Part shown: positions 1-9,753 of the stretch, in pieces | Numbering within the stretch: the first letter of the stretch is position 1 | How the letters are laid out: each line of letters starts with the position of its first letter | Source of the DNA: a virus | Virus record (IMG/VR): IMGVR_UViG_3300042453_005575 | Span: 26,077 to 90,076 of that record | Strand: one strand, 5' to 3' | DNA: 64,000 nt | The notes under the pieces: generated by a model | What the model saw: the letters and a program-made list of their open reading frames with translations, nothing else | What the model was told of the DNA's origin: nothing | The model's database searches: none | Made by a program: the position numbers and the translations under genes

Positions 1-1
1 C

Positions 2-814
2 CACCCACTCTCCTCGCTTTGCATCCAGTAGACCGCCACACTTACTACAACTCAAGCCTTCTTTACCAATCATTTTCATAGGGTCATTACCTTCTGTTAA
101 AGAATTCCAATGCCCGCACGAGCCGCATTTCATCATCCATTCTAATTGATTCGAAGACTTCCATAACTTATGTATTGTGTTCGTAGAATCTAAAGGAGTT
201 CCTGCGAATATTTCACGTTTATAAGGCGACATTGCCATTGTTTCTTGAACAATCGGTATTTGGTCGTACTGGATGTCTTGAATTTCATCATATACAACAC
301 AATCAATCGCAGGACCACGAGTCCGAGTAGCGTCGTCTTTTACATATCTAAACAGCACACTACTCCGCGTATCATCAAGAATCTTTTCAAACACATCATT
401 TTTAAACCAGCCTTTTACTAAAAGTTTTTTAATTTTAGGACTGTCAAATCTCGGAGGTATATAGTTACTTGAAAAATATTTAGTTGTTAGCTCCTGAGGC
501 CCCACATACATCATCTTGAAATAATTCCATCTAATTAAATTAAGACAAATAAAATTACTTAATAGTGTAGATTTTAAAGTTTTACGACTACACTTCAATA
601 AAAGCTTTTGAGGCATATGATCGTAAATATGCTTCAGCATAGGGAAAGCAGTCAGACTCTGCAGTCTACCTTCGTTATCATAAAGATAATTCTCGACAAA
701 GTGCGAAGGAGGCAGTACCGAAAAAATTAATTGTCGGGCAAGAAACGTGCTTTTAGGACTTTTCTTTCCTAAAAGTTTTTCAATAGTGTCTTTAATTTTA
801 TCATGGGCCATCAT
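2..814 (-). CDS. terL: Terminase large subunit, lambda GpA-like (5' part; runs off window start)
   Basis: Manually translated open frame from ATG at 814: MMAHDKIKD...LLLKCSRKTLKSTLL (Walker A-like), RTRGPAIDCVVYDEIQD (Walker B), FAGTP (coupling motif), then KCGSCGHW...CSKCGG zinc ribbon typical of GpA-type terminases. Absent from the ORF track because no stop lies inside the window. Confidence 0.85.
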   Translation of the reverse strand, partial: MMAHDKIKDTIEKLLGKKSPKSTFLARQLIFSVLPPSHFVENYLYDNEGRLQSLTAFPMLKHIYDHMPQKLLLKCSRKTLKSTLLSNFICLNLIRWNYFKMMYVGPQELTTKYFSSNYIPPRFDSPKIKKLLVKGWFKNDVFEKILDDTRSSVLFRYVKDDATRTRGPAIDCVVYDEIQDIQYDQIPIVQETMAMSPYKREIFAGTPLDSTNTIHKLWKSSNQLEWMMKCGSCGHWNSLTEGNDPMKMIGKEGLSCSKCGGLLDAKRGEWV

Positions 815-994
815 AAACGACCGAGCAGGTTGAAAAAAATCATACCGCAAGATACTGCAGTGAATATGTATCGCTTTCTAAGTAGTTCCATAGAGGCATT
901 GCTCAGTATTACTAATCCAGTAATGTCTGGCAAGAAAAAATGTTATCGTGTGTACAAAACTAAATAGTATTTTATCAGAGTATTATATAAACAT

Positions 995-1510
995 ATGCCT
1001 GAAAAATCAGAACAAAAATATACAAAAAAAATAAAAGCTAGAAGAGGAAGACCTCCAGGGTCTAAAAACAAAAAAATTGTAACCCATAAAAAAAGTAGAG
1101 TAGAGAAAGTTAATAATAAAAAAACTCGTTCTAGGGTGAAGATAAGTGCAGTCGAAGAAAAACCTGACAAATTAGCTGCATTCAGGTCTAAGCGAGTAAA
1201 GCCGTTAACTATAGAAAATCTAAAATCCACCCAGGACAAAATTCAAAATTGCAGCCACGATGCAGCTGAAACTGAGGAACTAGATAACCATATTATTATA
1301 AAAGCAGTCAAATGGTTATCACAACATATGCACCACACCGAAGTTCAGTATTATAAAAGTCATTCAAAAAAAAGAAATATGTCTTTTATAAACTGTATGG
1401 TATCCGATATTTTAGGCTTTTTTAATGTAAAAGATACAGACTTGCATAAATATGTTAAAACCAACAAATTCATAGTAAATTACACTAACACAAATGGACT
1501 TCATAAATAA
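995..1510 (+). CDS. Basic DNA-binding protein with AT-hook-like motif
   Basis: RRGRPPGSKNKK AT-hook-like motif in a Lys/Arg-rich N-terminus; overlaps the start of the AAA gene. Confidence 0.55.
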   Translation: MPEKSEQKYTKKIKARRGRPPGSKNKKIVTHKKSRVEKVNNKKTRSRVKISAVEEKPDKLAAFRSKRVKPLTIENLKSTQDKIQNCSHDAAETEELDNHIIIKAVKWLSQHMHHTEVQYYKSHSKKRNMSFINCMVSDILGFFNVKDTDLHKYVKTNKFIVNYTNTNGLHK

Positions 1511-3080
1511 AATCAACAATTACCATAAAGCTTGTTACTCAGGCTTGTTTGTATTAACCCACGAAGAAGGAAGACTTTCTAGGGAGCTATTGAGCTTGAG
1601 TGACCGAGACCCGGGAATAGCTATACACGAGTGGGACGCCCAAAACGGGTTAGTTTATAGGATAGGTGCAAATGAAGGTGTCCACCCGGACGAAACAAAA
1701 TCTACATCTTATTTGTTAGATTATATTCAAAATTATAAACATACGGACACCATTTTTATCTTGAAAGATTTTCATCTGCATTTTGATAAAGTTATTAATA
1801 TTAGAATGCTTAGGAATGCTTGGAATAAGTTAAAACGCCGCAGAAATATGATAATCTTTGTCGGGCACAAATTCGCTGTTCCTGCAGAGCTGCAGAAAGA
1901 AATCCAGCTGTTAGACTATAATCTCCCTGATGCCGCAGCTATTAACGAGAGGCTTACATTCATCAAAGATTCAATCAACAAAGAGCTGCAAGACTCAAAT
2001 AAGCCTATTATTGAAATAGAGCAATCTATTGCTGAGGCATCTGTAGAGGCTGCCAAAGGCATGACCCATGTGGAAGTCGAGAATGCTTTTGCTATGGCGT
2101 ACGTGACGGCTAAAAAGTTTGATAGTGTTTTTGTTGACGCCGTTTTTCAAGAAAAAATAGCTCAACTTAAGAAAAATGGCCTACTCACATACATGGAACC
2201 AAACATATCATTTGATAATGTGGGTGGTATGTCCGGGCTTAAAAATTGGTTATTGGCGCGTAAAAAAGCTTATTCAAAAGATGCGCGTAGTTATAATCTA
2301 CCTTTACCTAAAGGAATGTTGTTGGCCTCTGTTCCAGGCACTGGCAAATCACTCATATGCAAAGCTATAGCTAAAGAATTTGACTGCCCATTATTTGCGT
2401 TAGATCTTGGGTGCATATTCGACTCTTTAGTCGGCAACAGCGAGAAAAATATGAGAGAAGTTATTAAAACGGTCGAGAGTATAGGTAAGTGCGTAATATT
2501 GATAGACGAAATCGAAAAAGCCCTTAGCAACTCAGCAGTGTCTGGGCAAGGAGATTCAGGCGTAAGCTCACGTATATTCGGCACATTTTTAAGCTGGCTC
2601 AATGATCGAACAAATCCTGCTTTTATAGTGGCTACAACAAATAATCATACGTTGCTTCCTTCTGCGCTTATTCGCAAAGGAAGATTTGACCAGTTATTCT
2701 GGGTAGATCTTCCTAGCGCTGAGGAGCGGAAAGAAATATTCAATGTGGTTATCAAAAAATACGGAAGAGACCCTAGGGATTTTTCGATAAAAACTTTTGT
2801 TTCTGGCGCCGAAAATTTTACAGGTGCAGAAATCGAAGAGGTATTCAAAGATGCTATGTATAGAGCTTTTGATCGTGGAGAAGAAATAGCAGACAATCAT
2901 GTAACTGATGTTTTGGCAGATTTCATTCCTTTTGCTGTGTCGCATGAGGAAGACTTGAAAATAATGCGGCGACAAGCTCAAGGTAAACTTGCGATGGTCA
3001 CATCGGAAGGAGACCCTATCGCCGACGTAGAAAAAAATATGCGCAAGTTGAGCATTGCGCTAGGAGTAGGAGCAGAATAA
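1494..3080 (+). CDS. Ycf46-like AAA+ ATPase
   Basis: Degenerate N-terminal AAA domain (ILKDFH); C-terminal domain with SVPGTGKS Walker A, ILIDEIEK Walker B, TTNN sensor and RKGRFD arginine finger. Confidence 0.85.
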   Translation: MDFINKINNYHKACYSGLFVLTHEEGRLSRELLSLSDRDPGIAIHEWDAQNGLVYRIGANEGVHPDETKSTSYLLDYIQNYKHTDTIFILKDFHLHFDKVINIRMLRNAWNKLKRRRNMIIFVGHKFAVPAELQKEIQLLDYNLPDAAAINERLTFIKDSINKELQDSNKPIIEIEQSIAEASVEAAKGMTHVEVENAFAMAYVTAKKFDSVFVDAVFQEKIAQLKKNGLLTYMEPNISFDNVGGMSGLKNWLLARKKAYSKDARSYNLPLPKGMLLASVPGTGKSLICKAIAKEFDCPLFALDLGCIFDSLVGNSEKNMREVIKTVESIGKCVILIDEIEKALSNSAVSGQGDSGVSSRIFGTFLSWLNDRTNPAFIVATTNNHTLLPSALIRKGRFDQLFWVDLPSAEERKEIFNVVIKKYGRDPRDFSIKTFVSGAENFTGAEIEEVFKDAMYRAFDRGEEIADNHVTDVLADFIPFAVSHEEDLKIMRRQAQGKLAMVTSEGDPIADVEKNMRKLSIALGVGAE

Positions 3081-3084
3081 CACT

Positions 3085-4104
3085 ATGATTGCGGAAAACA
3101 ACCCAAAAGAATATAAAATAACAGATACACTGCAAAAGTATTACGACAAAGTTTTTCAAGATGGAAAACTTGTGAATGTGCATATAGGCATGTGGGGGAT
3201 GAGCTATAGTTTAACCGAGAATGATATTAAACTGGATAATAAATTACCAGAAACCATTAAACTCGGTAAAAAAATGCTTATTAAGCCTGCAGTATTCAAC
3301 GCATTCAAAAATTATGAACAGCGCGTTCGTAATTTTCTTTATAGTAATTCTTTTGAATTCCCATTAGTGAGCCAAGCGCATTTCGTCCCCAAGTCAAAAT
3401 ACATGGAAGTGTACGGAAAGCTTAATGAAATGGGGAATAAGTATATGGGAATGGTTGATGAGTTTATTGAAAAATACCAGGATTATAAAAAGGAGGCGCT
3501 TGATTATTACGAGCAGCATAAAGATTCAGTGAACGTCGAGCATTTGGAAGAATATTACCCAGAACCTGGGAAAGTTCGCTCTAAGTTTTATTTCGATATT
3601 GTTTCATTCGAGATAACTATACCTGCCGAGTTTAAAAAGTTGGACTTGCACGACGAGATTAACCGTGAAAAAGCTGCGGCCGAAGCTCGGGAGCAGGCGT
3701 TAGTTAATTACGAAGATCAATATTCGAAGCAGCTCGATGTGCATATGGCTAAAATTAGCGATTTTGTTAATGCCGCAACGCTTACCTTGCGTGAAAAGAT
3801 AACAGAGCATTGTGAAGTTGCTTTGAATAAAATTAACAAAAAAGAAATTGTGTCCGATGCCAATATTCGTACACTAATGAAACATATCAAAGAATTCAGA
3901 GAACTGAACTTTGTTGATGATAAAGCTATCGAGGATAAACTTCAAAAAGTAGAAGCGCTTCTACAAGGCGATCATGATTTTAGTAAAGATAAAGACGCTT
4001 TGGGTTTGCTTAAAGAGCACCTCGCAAGCGTTGTCACCGAGGCTGAAAACTTGACAGACTTAGCTAATGTGTCTGGAGAGTATTTTAGGAAACTAAGCGT
4101 TTAA
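3085..4104 (+). CDS. Helical protein, DUF3150-like, associated with the AAA module
   Basis: 339-aa ORF directly after the AAA gene; LGKKMLI...AHFVP...YYPE pattern and context resemble DUF3150-type proteins. Confidence 0.5.
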   Translation: MIAENNPKEYKITDTLQKYYDKVFQDGKLVNVHIGMWGMSYSLTENDIKLDNKLPETIKLGKKMLIKPAVFNAFKNYEQRVRNFLYSNSFEFPLVSQAHFVPKSKYMEVYGKLNEMGNKYMGMVDEFIEKYQDYKKEALDYYEQHKDSVNVEHLEEYYPEPGKVRSKFYFDIVSFEITIPAEFKKLDLHDEINREKAAAEAREQALVNYEDQYSKQLDVHMAKISDFVNAATLTLREKITEHCEVALNKINKKEIVSDANIRTLMKHIKEFRELNFVDDKAIEDKLQKVEALLQGDHDFSKDKDALGLLKEHLASVVTEAENLTDLANVSGEYFRKLSV

Positions 4105-4109
4105 ACGTT

Positions 4110-4415
4110 ATGGAAATGGATAATCACTCAGACGAAACTTCTACACTCGAACCTCCTAAGCACGATATGCTGCATATCAAATTTAGGGGGGATAAACACG
4201 AATATATTCTTCCTTACTGCGAAGTTGCAAACGGGGTAATAGCAGAGATATTAGAAAATGAAATTGTTATAGCGTCAGTTAAACCTGACGAACACCCTAT
4301 AACCTTGAAATACAAAGAGTTTCTTTCTATTATTGAAAAAACTTTTGATACAAAGCAAATAACATCATTGGCTGTACAAATTCAAGGAGAGTTCGACGTG
4401 TTCAAAATATTATGA
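4110..4415 (+). CDS. Hypothetical protein
   Basis: Tightly packed ORF in the operon. Confidence 0.6.
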   Translation: MEMDNHSDETSTLEPPKHDMLHIKFRGDKHEYILPYCEVANGVIAEILENEIVIASVKPDEHPITLKYKEFLSIIEKTFDTKQITSLAVQIQGEFDVFKIL

Positions 4416-4801
4416 GTCACTGCGTTAATATAAAAACCAACTTCAAAAACATCAATACGTTGCTTTCGCAATTTACATCAAAAGGATGGAAGATTGCCTT
4501 GGACGCTAAATGCCGTACATACCCAAGCGACCCCCGTAAAAACGAGGTGCATAAGTATGTGGCTCAAAACCCGAGAAATGGCGGCTATGATGTAGGTATT
4601 GATATCGACAGCTCTGGAAATGCTTATCTTGTATGCGATTTTTTTGATCGCAGTATAGAAGAGCAGTTAGGAAAAGAGTTAAAAGAAATTAAACAAGGTT
4701 ACGCTCTATCCGAGATTAAAAAGTTTATGTATGAGGAAGATCTTGACTACCAGGTTAAAGAACTAGCCACAGGTGAACTAGTAGTAATCGCAGAAAAATA
4801 A
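4412..4801 (+). CDS. DUF1257 (Ycf35-like) protein
   Basis: MSHCVNIKT N-terminus, YDVG, LVCDFFD and KQGYA motifs; next to the Ycf46-like AAA and DUF2997. Confidence 0.75.
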   Translation: MSHCVNIKTNFKNINTLLSQFTSKGWKIALDAKCRTYPSDPRKNEVHKYVAQNPRNGGYDVGIDIDSSGNAYLVCDFFDRSIEEQLGKELKEIKQGYALSEIKKFMYEEDLDYQVKELATGELVVIAEK

Positions 4802-4802
4802 C

Positions 4803-5081
4803 ATGCATAAATTAAAAATTGCCTCAAAAAACTTCGAAGACATAAAATCAAAATTGGCCCGGTCTTTAAAAGAAACTCTGTATAATGAATGCTCGCCTCC
4901 TCCGAATGAGCTCCATATACCTTATGGATCAGTGGTGGAGGATAAGGAAGAGCCATACACAGCACTAGCTGTCGTTACATATATAGTAAGATGCCCTGGA
5001 GAAAAAAAGCATACGGTGCATATTAAATTCAAATACGATAAAGAAGGAAAATTCTTAAGAGATACTATGGAATATGTCTAA
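4803..5081 (+). CDS. Hypothetical protein
   Basis: Tightly packed ORF. Confidence 0.55.
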   Translation: MHKLKIASKNFEDIKSKLARSLKETLYNECSPPPNELHIPYGSVVEDKEEPYTALAVVTYIVRCPGEKKHTVHIKFKYDKEGKFLRDTMEYV

Positions 5082-5274
5082 AAAAATCGTATTTAAAATA
5101 AATAAAAATGGAGATGTGCTTATAGATAAAGTGGAAGGCTATGGTTCTGGGTGTTTGGAAGCCACAAAATTCATAGAAGGAAAGCTGGGTTCTGTGGATG
5201 AAGCCACACGTAAATTTACCAGCGAATACGAAGAGCTTCCTCCGGTAGAAACATCCGAAGTAGCTAAGCATTAA
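5074..5274 (+). CDS. DUF2997 family protein
   Basis: IVFKINKNGDV...VEGYGSGCLEATKFIEGKLG...TSEY matches the DUF2997 pattern. Confidence 0.8.
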   Translation: MSKKIVFKINKNGDVLIDKVEGYGSGCLEATKFIEGKLGSVDEATRKFTSEYEELPPVETSEVAKH

Positions 5275-5277
5275 AAT

Positions 5278-5541
5278 ATGCCCTCTGTTATTTATATAGA
5301 TAACGCGGGGTGTATAACGGGGTTAGCCGACGACACACTCGATAAATTAGGTTTTCTCGGGACAAAAACCGTGGAAAGAGTTTCCGAAATAGAATTCAAC
5401 CACGATATACAAAAGTGGGTGGCAATTTCATCGAAAACACAAAAGGTTATTTCGACTGACACTGTCCGCAGTGTTCTAATCGATAAAGAGCGAGAGTACC
5501 TTAACTCCCAATTAGAGCAATCGTTTGCTCTTAAACGATAA
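5278..5541 (+). CDS. Small conserved protein of AAA/DUF1257/DUF2997 clusters
   Basis: IYIDNAG...LG...ERVSEIEF...KWV pattern resembles small genes that accompany this cluster. Confidence 0.5.
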   Translation: MPSVIYIDNAGCITGLADDTLDKLGFLGTKTVERVSEIEFNHDIQKWVAISSKTQKVISTDTVRSVLIDKEREYLNSQLEQSFALKR

Positions 5542-5607
5542 TAATTAATGGGGTTGGTCGCCTACATCGGTCGCGGCCAACCCCAAATTATTTACAAACC
5601 GCAATAT

Positions 5608-5979
5608 ATGAATCGTATAAAAACAGAAATTCTTCATTTTAAACAAGGTAAAAGCCACGATAAAGTTTATATCGTTGAGGTGCTCGAGCACGATAAGCAG
5701 TATTATGTTTACGCCTATTATGGTAAAAGAACACAAGAGCACCTTGTGAGGCAGTTCAAACATATCGCTGATTTCCAAGGCGAAGCTGTTGATCATTTTA
5801 ATTTACTGGTTAGAAAAAAAATTAAAGCAGGCTATAAAATGCTTGCGAATAATTCTCATATAGATATCCCTGGTATGAAGCATTTGTTGTCCGTCCATTC
5901 GGTTAAAACCGATATGGTGAAAAAAATTGAAAAAGCTGAAGAAAAAATTGTTATAGAACATAGAAAATTATTGGTATGA
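5608..5979 (+). CDS. WGR-domain protein
   Basis: HFKQGKSHDKVY...VYAYYGKR...KKIKAGY; likely start MNRIK at 5608 (track start 5548). Confidence 0.7.
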   Translation: MNRIKTEILHFKQGKSHDKVYIVEVLEHDKQYYVYAYYGKRTQEHLVRQFKHIADFQGEAVDHFNLLVRKKIKAGYKMLANNSHIDIPGMKHLLSVHSVKTDMVKKIEKAEEKIVIEHRKLLV

Positions 5980-7076
5980 GCAAAAAATTTATAGTTTTTT
6001 CTGACCAACACTTGGAAGCTAAGCTGTATAATCTCCCGGACTTAGAAAAAGATAACCGGCAACTATTCACTGATGTAATAAATATTGCAGTAGAGCTTGA
6101 AGTAGATTACTTGATTTCTGTTGGTGACTTATTTGATAATAATCGCCCCAGCTCTGAAACTATAACTTTTGTTTCGAGTGAAGTAGCCAGGCTAAAAAAA
6201 AGCGGTGTAACCCCTTTAGCTATCGCCGGAGATCACAGCAAGCCTATCGACGGGGCTACATGGGAAACTATCTGCGGCTTCCAAAGTGTGAATATTGTTT
6301 CGGAGTTCGTAGGATTTGATTATATGGATAACCCTCAAGAGGTGCTGAGGCGTATAAACAATGAGCTTAGCGTAAGACCGCGAGATTCGGTGGAATTCAT
6401 ATTTATGCACCAGCAAATACCAGAAATATGGCCTTTTTGCGATGAAAAGAAAAAAATACATTTAAAAGATATCGACCTGGGTAATCATTGCGCGTCGATG
6501 AAAGCCTTTTTCCTGGGCGACATACATAAACGCCAAGACATACGCTACAAAGACATAGTTTGTGGTCGTGAAATATTTGCAGGTTACTGCGGAAGCTTAG
6601 GAGTGACCGCGTCCGATGAAACTAAGAAAGAGGGGCTGTACTATTGGAATGGACAAAAATTGGAGTTAATCGAATACAAGCTCCCTAGGAAATTTATAAC
6701 TATTGATGTGACAAAACAGTCCCTAGAGATTTTGACTCAGGAGCTATTTAAAGAATACTTGGGAGTAGCGGCAAAACCTGTGTTTATATGCAGAGTGGAT
6801 AATGGTGTGAAGATCGAGCATAAGCTTGATTTTTTATACGACTTAGGGCATGTCAGATTCACAAGAGTTAAACAAACTATCGAAGGTACAGAAGAGATGC
6901 TCAACATTAGATCTGAATTGAAAACTACCGAAAGACTGGCCAATGTTTTGAAAGACTTAACGCAGCCTTTGGAAAACAATACGGAAGTTTACAACGCAGC
7001 TTATAGTTTGTTAGTGGACGAAGATCCTAAAAGAATATTAGACAATTTATATGCAACCATAATTGAAAAACCTTAA
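5976..7076 (+). CDS. sbcD: SbcD/Mre11-like (gp47-like) nuclease
   Basis: FSDQH, VGDLFD, AGDHS, FMHQ, LGDIH and YCGS metallophosphoesterase motifs; next to SbcC. Confidence 0.85.
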   Translation: MSKKFIVFSDQHLEAKLYNLPDLEKDNRQLFTDVINIAVELEVDYLISVGDLFDNNRPSSETITFVSSEVARLKKSGVTPLAIAGDHSKPIDGATWETICGFQSVNIVSEFVGFDYMDNPQEVLRRINNELSVRPRDSVEFIFMHQQIPEIWPFCDEKKKIHLKDIDLGNHCASMKAFFLGDIHKRQDIRYKDIVCGREIFAGYCGSLGVTASDETKKEGLYYWNGQKLELIEYKLPRKFITIDVTKQSLEILTQELFKEYLGVAAKPVFICRVDNGVKIEHKLDFLYDLGHVRFTRVKQTIEGTEEMLNIRSELKTTERLANVLKDLTQPLENNTEVYNAAYSLLVDEDPKRILDNLYATIIEKP

Positions 7077-7237
7077 CCCCCAAAATATAGACATGAACAG
7101 AGAACCTTTGAGTAATTTGCTATTAGAATACCCTCTTCTTGCGGTATCCAAACATATCCAACAAGATAATTTTTTAAATGACGAGGTGGCGGACTTTAGA
7201 TGTTTTGAAACTATAAACTTACTTACTATTGACAGTT

Positions 7238-9283
7238 ATGGAACTCACCAAGCTGATAATGAAAAATTTTCGAGCGCACAAAGCTTTATCCCTAAACCTA
7301 GCGCAGGGAATCACTGGAATAATCGGAGGAAACGGAACCGGCAAGTCCAGTATAGTTGAAGCGATAATGTTTTTGCTGACCGGAGAAGGTTACGGCAAAA
7401 CTAAAAATGAAATGCTGACTGTTGGAGAAGTCAGCGGTTATGTAATCGGGCATTTATCTATAGACGGCAAAGAAGCTGTTCTGGAAAGACATATAGACAC
7501 AGCCAAGGTAAACTTGAAATATGATGGAAAAGTTTATAAAAAATCCTCAGAAGTTTCGGAATTGTGGGGAAACTTATTCCAAATAGATAAACACATAGTT
7601 AAAAATATCGTTATTTCCAACCAAGGAGAAATAGCACTGTTGTTGAACGGCGATGCCAGCACTAAAGAAAAGTTATTCCAAAAAATATTTATGGTTCCGA
7701 ATACATCAAAATTGCGGGACATAATATGGAATAATTATATAAAGGCCGCTCCGCCAGAATATCCTGTTAAAGACTCGTCAGAGCTTCGAAGCGAAGTACA
7801 CATTTTAAAAAAATTGATAGAAGAAGAAGAATTGGAGCTGGCGGCTGTTCATGTAGATGAAGGTGCTTATGATAAACTTATTGCACGTAAATCTTTTTTG
7901 ACTCAAGTTGTAAATTCGGCAATGCTTCTAGCAAAGTATGACGCTTTAATCCCGAGATTAGAGTTGGATATAACTGAACTTCGGGCAGAAAAAGCAGGTA
8001 TAAACAACAAGACAGCGCATATCGACATAGCTACCTACATACAAAAGTTACAAGCTCTGGATGCATCGAAGCCCTTATATGAATCAAAACAATTGGTTTT
8101 GGTGAAGAAAAAGACGCTTATTCCTCCAGGAAAGATATTAGACCAAAAGGCTTACGATGAAGCAAACCATAAGCACTCCGAATTGGAAACAAAGCTCGCT
8201 TCTTTAAACTTGGTTACTAGGGAGTTTCGTACCAAAATCGCTGATTATGAGTCTAAAGGGATTGCTTCTGGAGTATGCCCAACTTGTGGAACAAGTCTAG
8301 AAAATCTTTTGGACGTGGTTGCACATATAAAATCAGACTTAGCAATTCGCGAAAAAGAGATAGCCGGGGTATCGCAAGAACTTATGAGCGCTAAAAATGA
8401 TTATGAAAATTTAAGTAAGCTTAAAATTGCTTGGGAACTATACCATACCGAGCTAAAAAGTCTCGACGACAAGCTTGAGGCATATGAAAATATCGATTAT
8501 TCTGAGGAAGACCATAACTTATACAAGTCTGTGGTTAGCCAGTACGACTTGTACGCGGCAGAAGTTAGAAAAATTGACGCCCGGCTAGCTTCGCTCGAGA
8601 CTGAGTTAAATTCAGCCAAACTAAGCCTTGCAGGAATCACTCAATATGATAGGGACAGATCAGAATTTGATGGAGAACAAGCTGAGATAGACGCGCAGAT
8701 AATAAAGTTTAAGGAAGCGCAAGCCAAAGCCACAGCTATAAAGGTTTCTATAGGGGCTAAAACCAAAGAGTTAGAGGCATTACTAAAACAAGTAGATGAA
8801 AACAACAGATATATTGAAAAAAATGCTCGACGTAAAAAATACGTAGGTATTCTCAATTCATTATACGACCTGTTCCATACTTCCAAGTTTCCTCGCGCGC
8901 TTATACAAACCTATGCATCAACTGTTTCAGAATATATGACTGAAATATTAGCTTCTTTTGAATTTCCTTACACAGCAAAAGTGAATGAAAGCTTTGGGAT
9001 AAATATCTATGATTCTGAAGATCGTGAACTCCCTAGTATATCGGGCGGTCAACAAGTTATGGTTGGGTTTAGCTTACGCATGGCGTTGCATCAAATGTTT
9101 GTAGGTGCATTTCCGTTCATGATTATAGACGAAGGTTCCTACGGGCTAGCCGAAGATTCTATAAAAAAATATTTTAATATTATTTCTAAGCTTAACAAAA
9201 CCAGTAAATTCAAACAGGTCATTGTGATCGACCATCACAAAGAGTTGTCTGACTACGTTGATCATACTATATTGCTGACATGA
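7238..9283 (+). CDS. sbcC: SbcC/Rad50-like (gp46-like) SMC ATPase
   Basis: GGNGTGKSS Walker A, coiled coil, CPTCG zinc hook, SGGQQ signature, IIDEG Walker B, IDHH; likely start MELTKL at 7238. Confidence 0.9.
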   Translation: MELTKLIMKNFRAHKALSLNLAQGITGIIGGNGTGKSSIVEAIMFLLTGEGYGKTKNEMLTVGEVSGYVIGHLSIDGKEAVLERHIDTAKVNLKYDGKVYKKSSEVSELWGNLFQIDKHIVKNIVISNQGEIALLLNGDASTKEKLFQKIFMVPNTSKLRDIIWNNYIKAAPPEYPVKDSSELRSEVHILKKLIEEEELELAAVHVDEGAYDKLIARKSFLTQVVNSAMLLAKYDALIPRLELDITELRAEKAGINNKTAHIDIATYIQKLQALDASKPLYESKQLVLVKKKTLIPPGKILDQKAYDEANHKHSELETKLASLNLVTREFRTKIADYESKGIASGVCPTCGTSLENLLDVVAHIKSDLAIREKEIAGVSQELMSAKNDYENLSKLKIAWELYHTELKSLDDKLEAYENIDYSEEDHNLYKSVVSQYDLYAAEVRKIDARLASLETELNSAKLSLAGITQYDRDRSEFDGEQAEIDAQIIKFKEAQAKATAIKVSIGAKTKELEALLKQVDENNRYIEKNARRKKYVGILNSLYDLFHTSKFPRALIQTYASTVSEYMTEILASFEFPYTAKVNESFGINIYDSEDRELPSISGGQQVMVGFSLRMALHQMFVGAFPFMIIDEGSYGLAEDSIKKYFNIISKLNKTSKFKQVIVIDHHKELSDYVDHTILLT

Positions 9284-9495
9284 TGTTCGTGCTATACGAG
9301 GGTATCAAAGACAAACAAGAGATGATGTGGGAACCGCCTTATGGTCCCGGGTTCACAAAAGATGAAATAGCGAATGCCGAAACCATGGATATCGTTGCTT
9401 CTGATATAAAAGAACCCGGGATAGATTACGCTATATTTATGTTAAGAAATAAAACAGGTGAAGTAATTCAAAGCAAAAAAATTATTGGATATTAA
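9280..9495 (+). CDS. Hypothetical protein
   Basis: Overlapping start/stop with SbcC. Confidence 0.55.
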   Translation: MMFVLYEGIKDKQEMMWEPPYGPGFTKDEIANAETMDIVASDIKEPGIDYAIFMLRNKTGEVIQSKKIIGY

Positions 9496-9753
9496 CTTTA
9501 TGGGAAAAGAACTAAAAGAAAACGCGATCATTCCTACTTTGCTAGCTGGGGCTGCTGTGTATTTCGGCATGACCAGGAATAGTAGTAAGCTTGGGGATGT
9601 AACTAAAATGGCTGTGTCAAGGCTTGTAGACGACCAGGTGAGTAGAAATACCGGAGGTCAACCAAAGCCAAACAATCATAAAATGAAGCATAAAACCGCA
9701 AAAAGTAAGTCGAATAAAACTAATAAAATACGTTTGCACGATATTCAACATCG

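Noticed and set aside
803-967. 54-codon plus-strand ORF (MGHHKRPSRL...)
   Set aside because: Overlaps the terminase start head-to-head in the likely divergent promoter region; no motif support
7063-7359. 98-aa ORF between sbcD and sbcC
   Set aside because: Overlaps the SbcC Walker A region by about 120 nt in another frame; the 5' part may be a real small gene but cannot be supported
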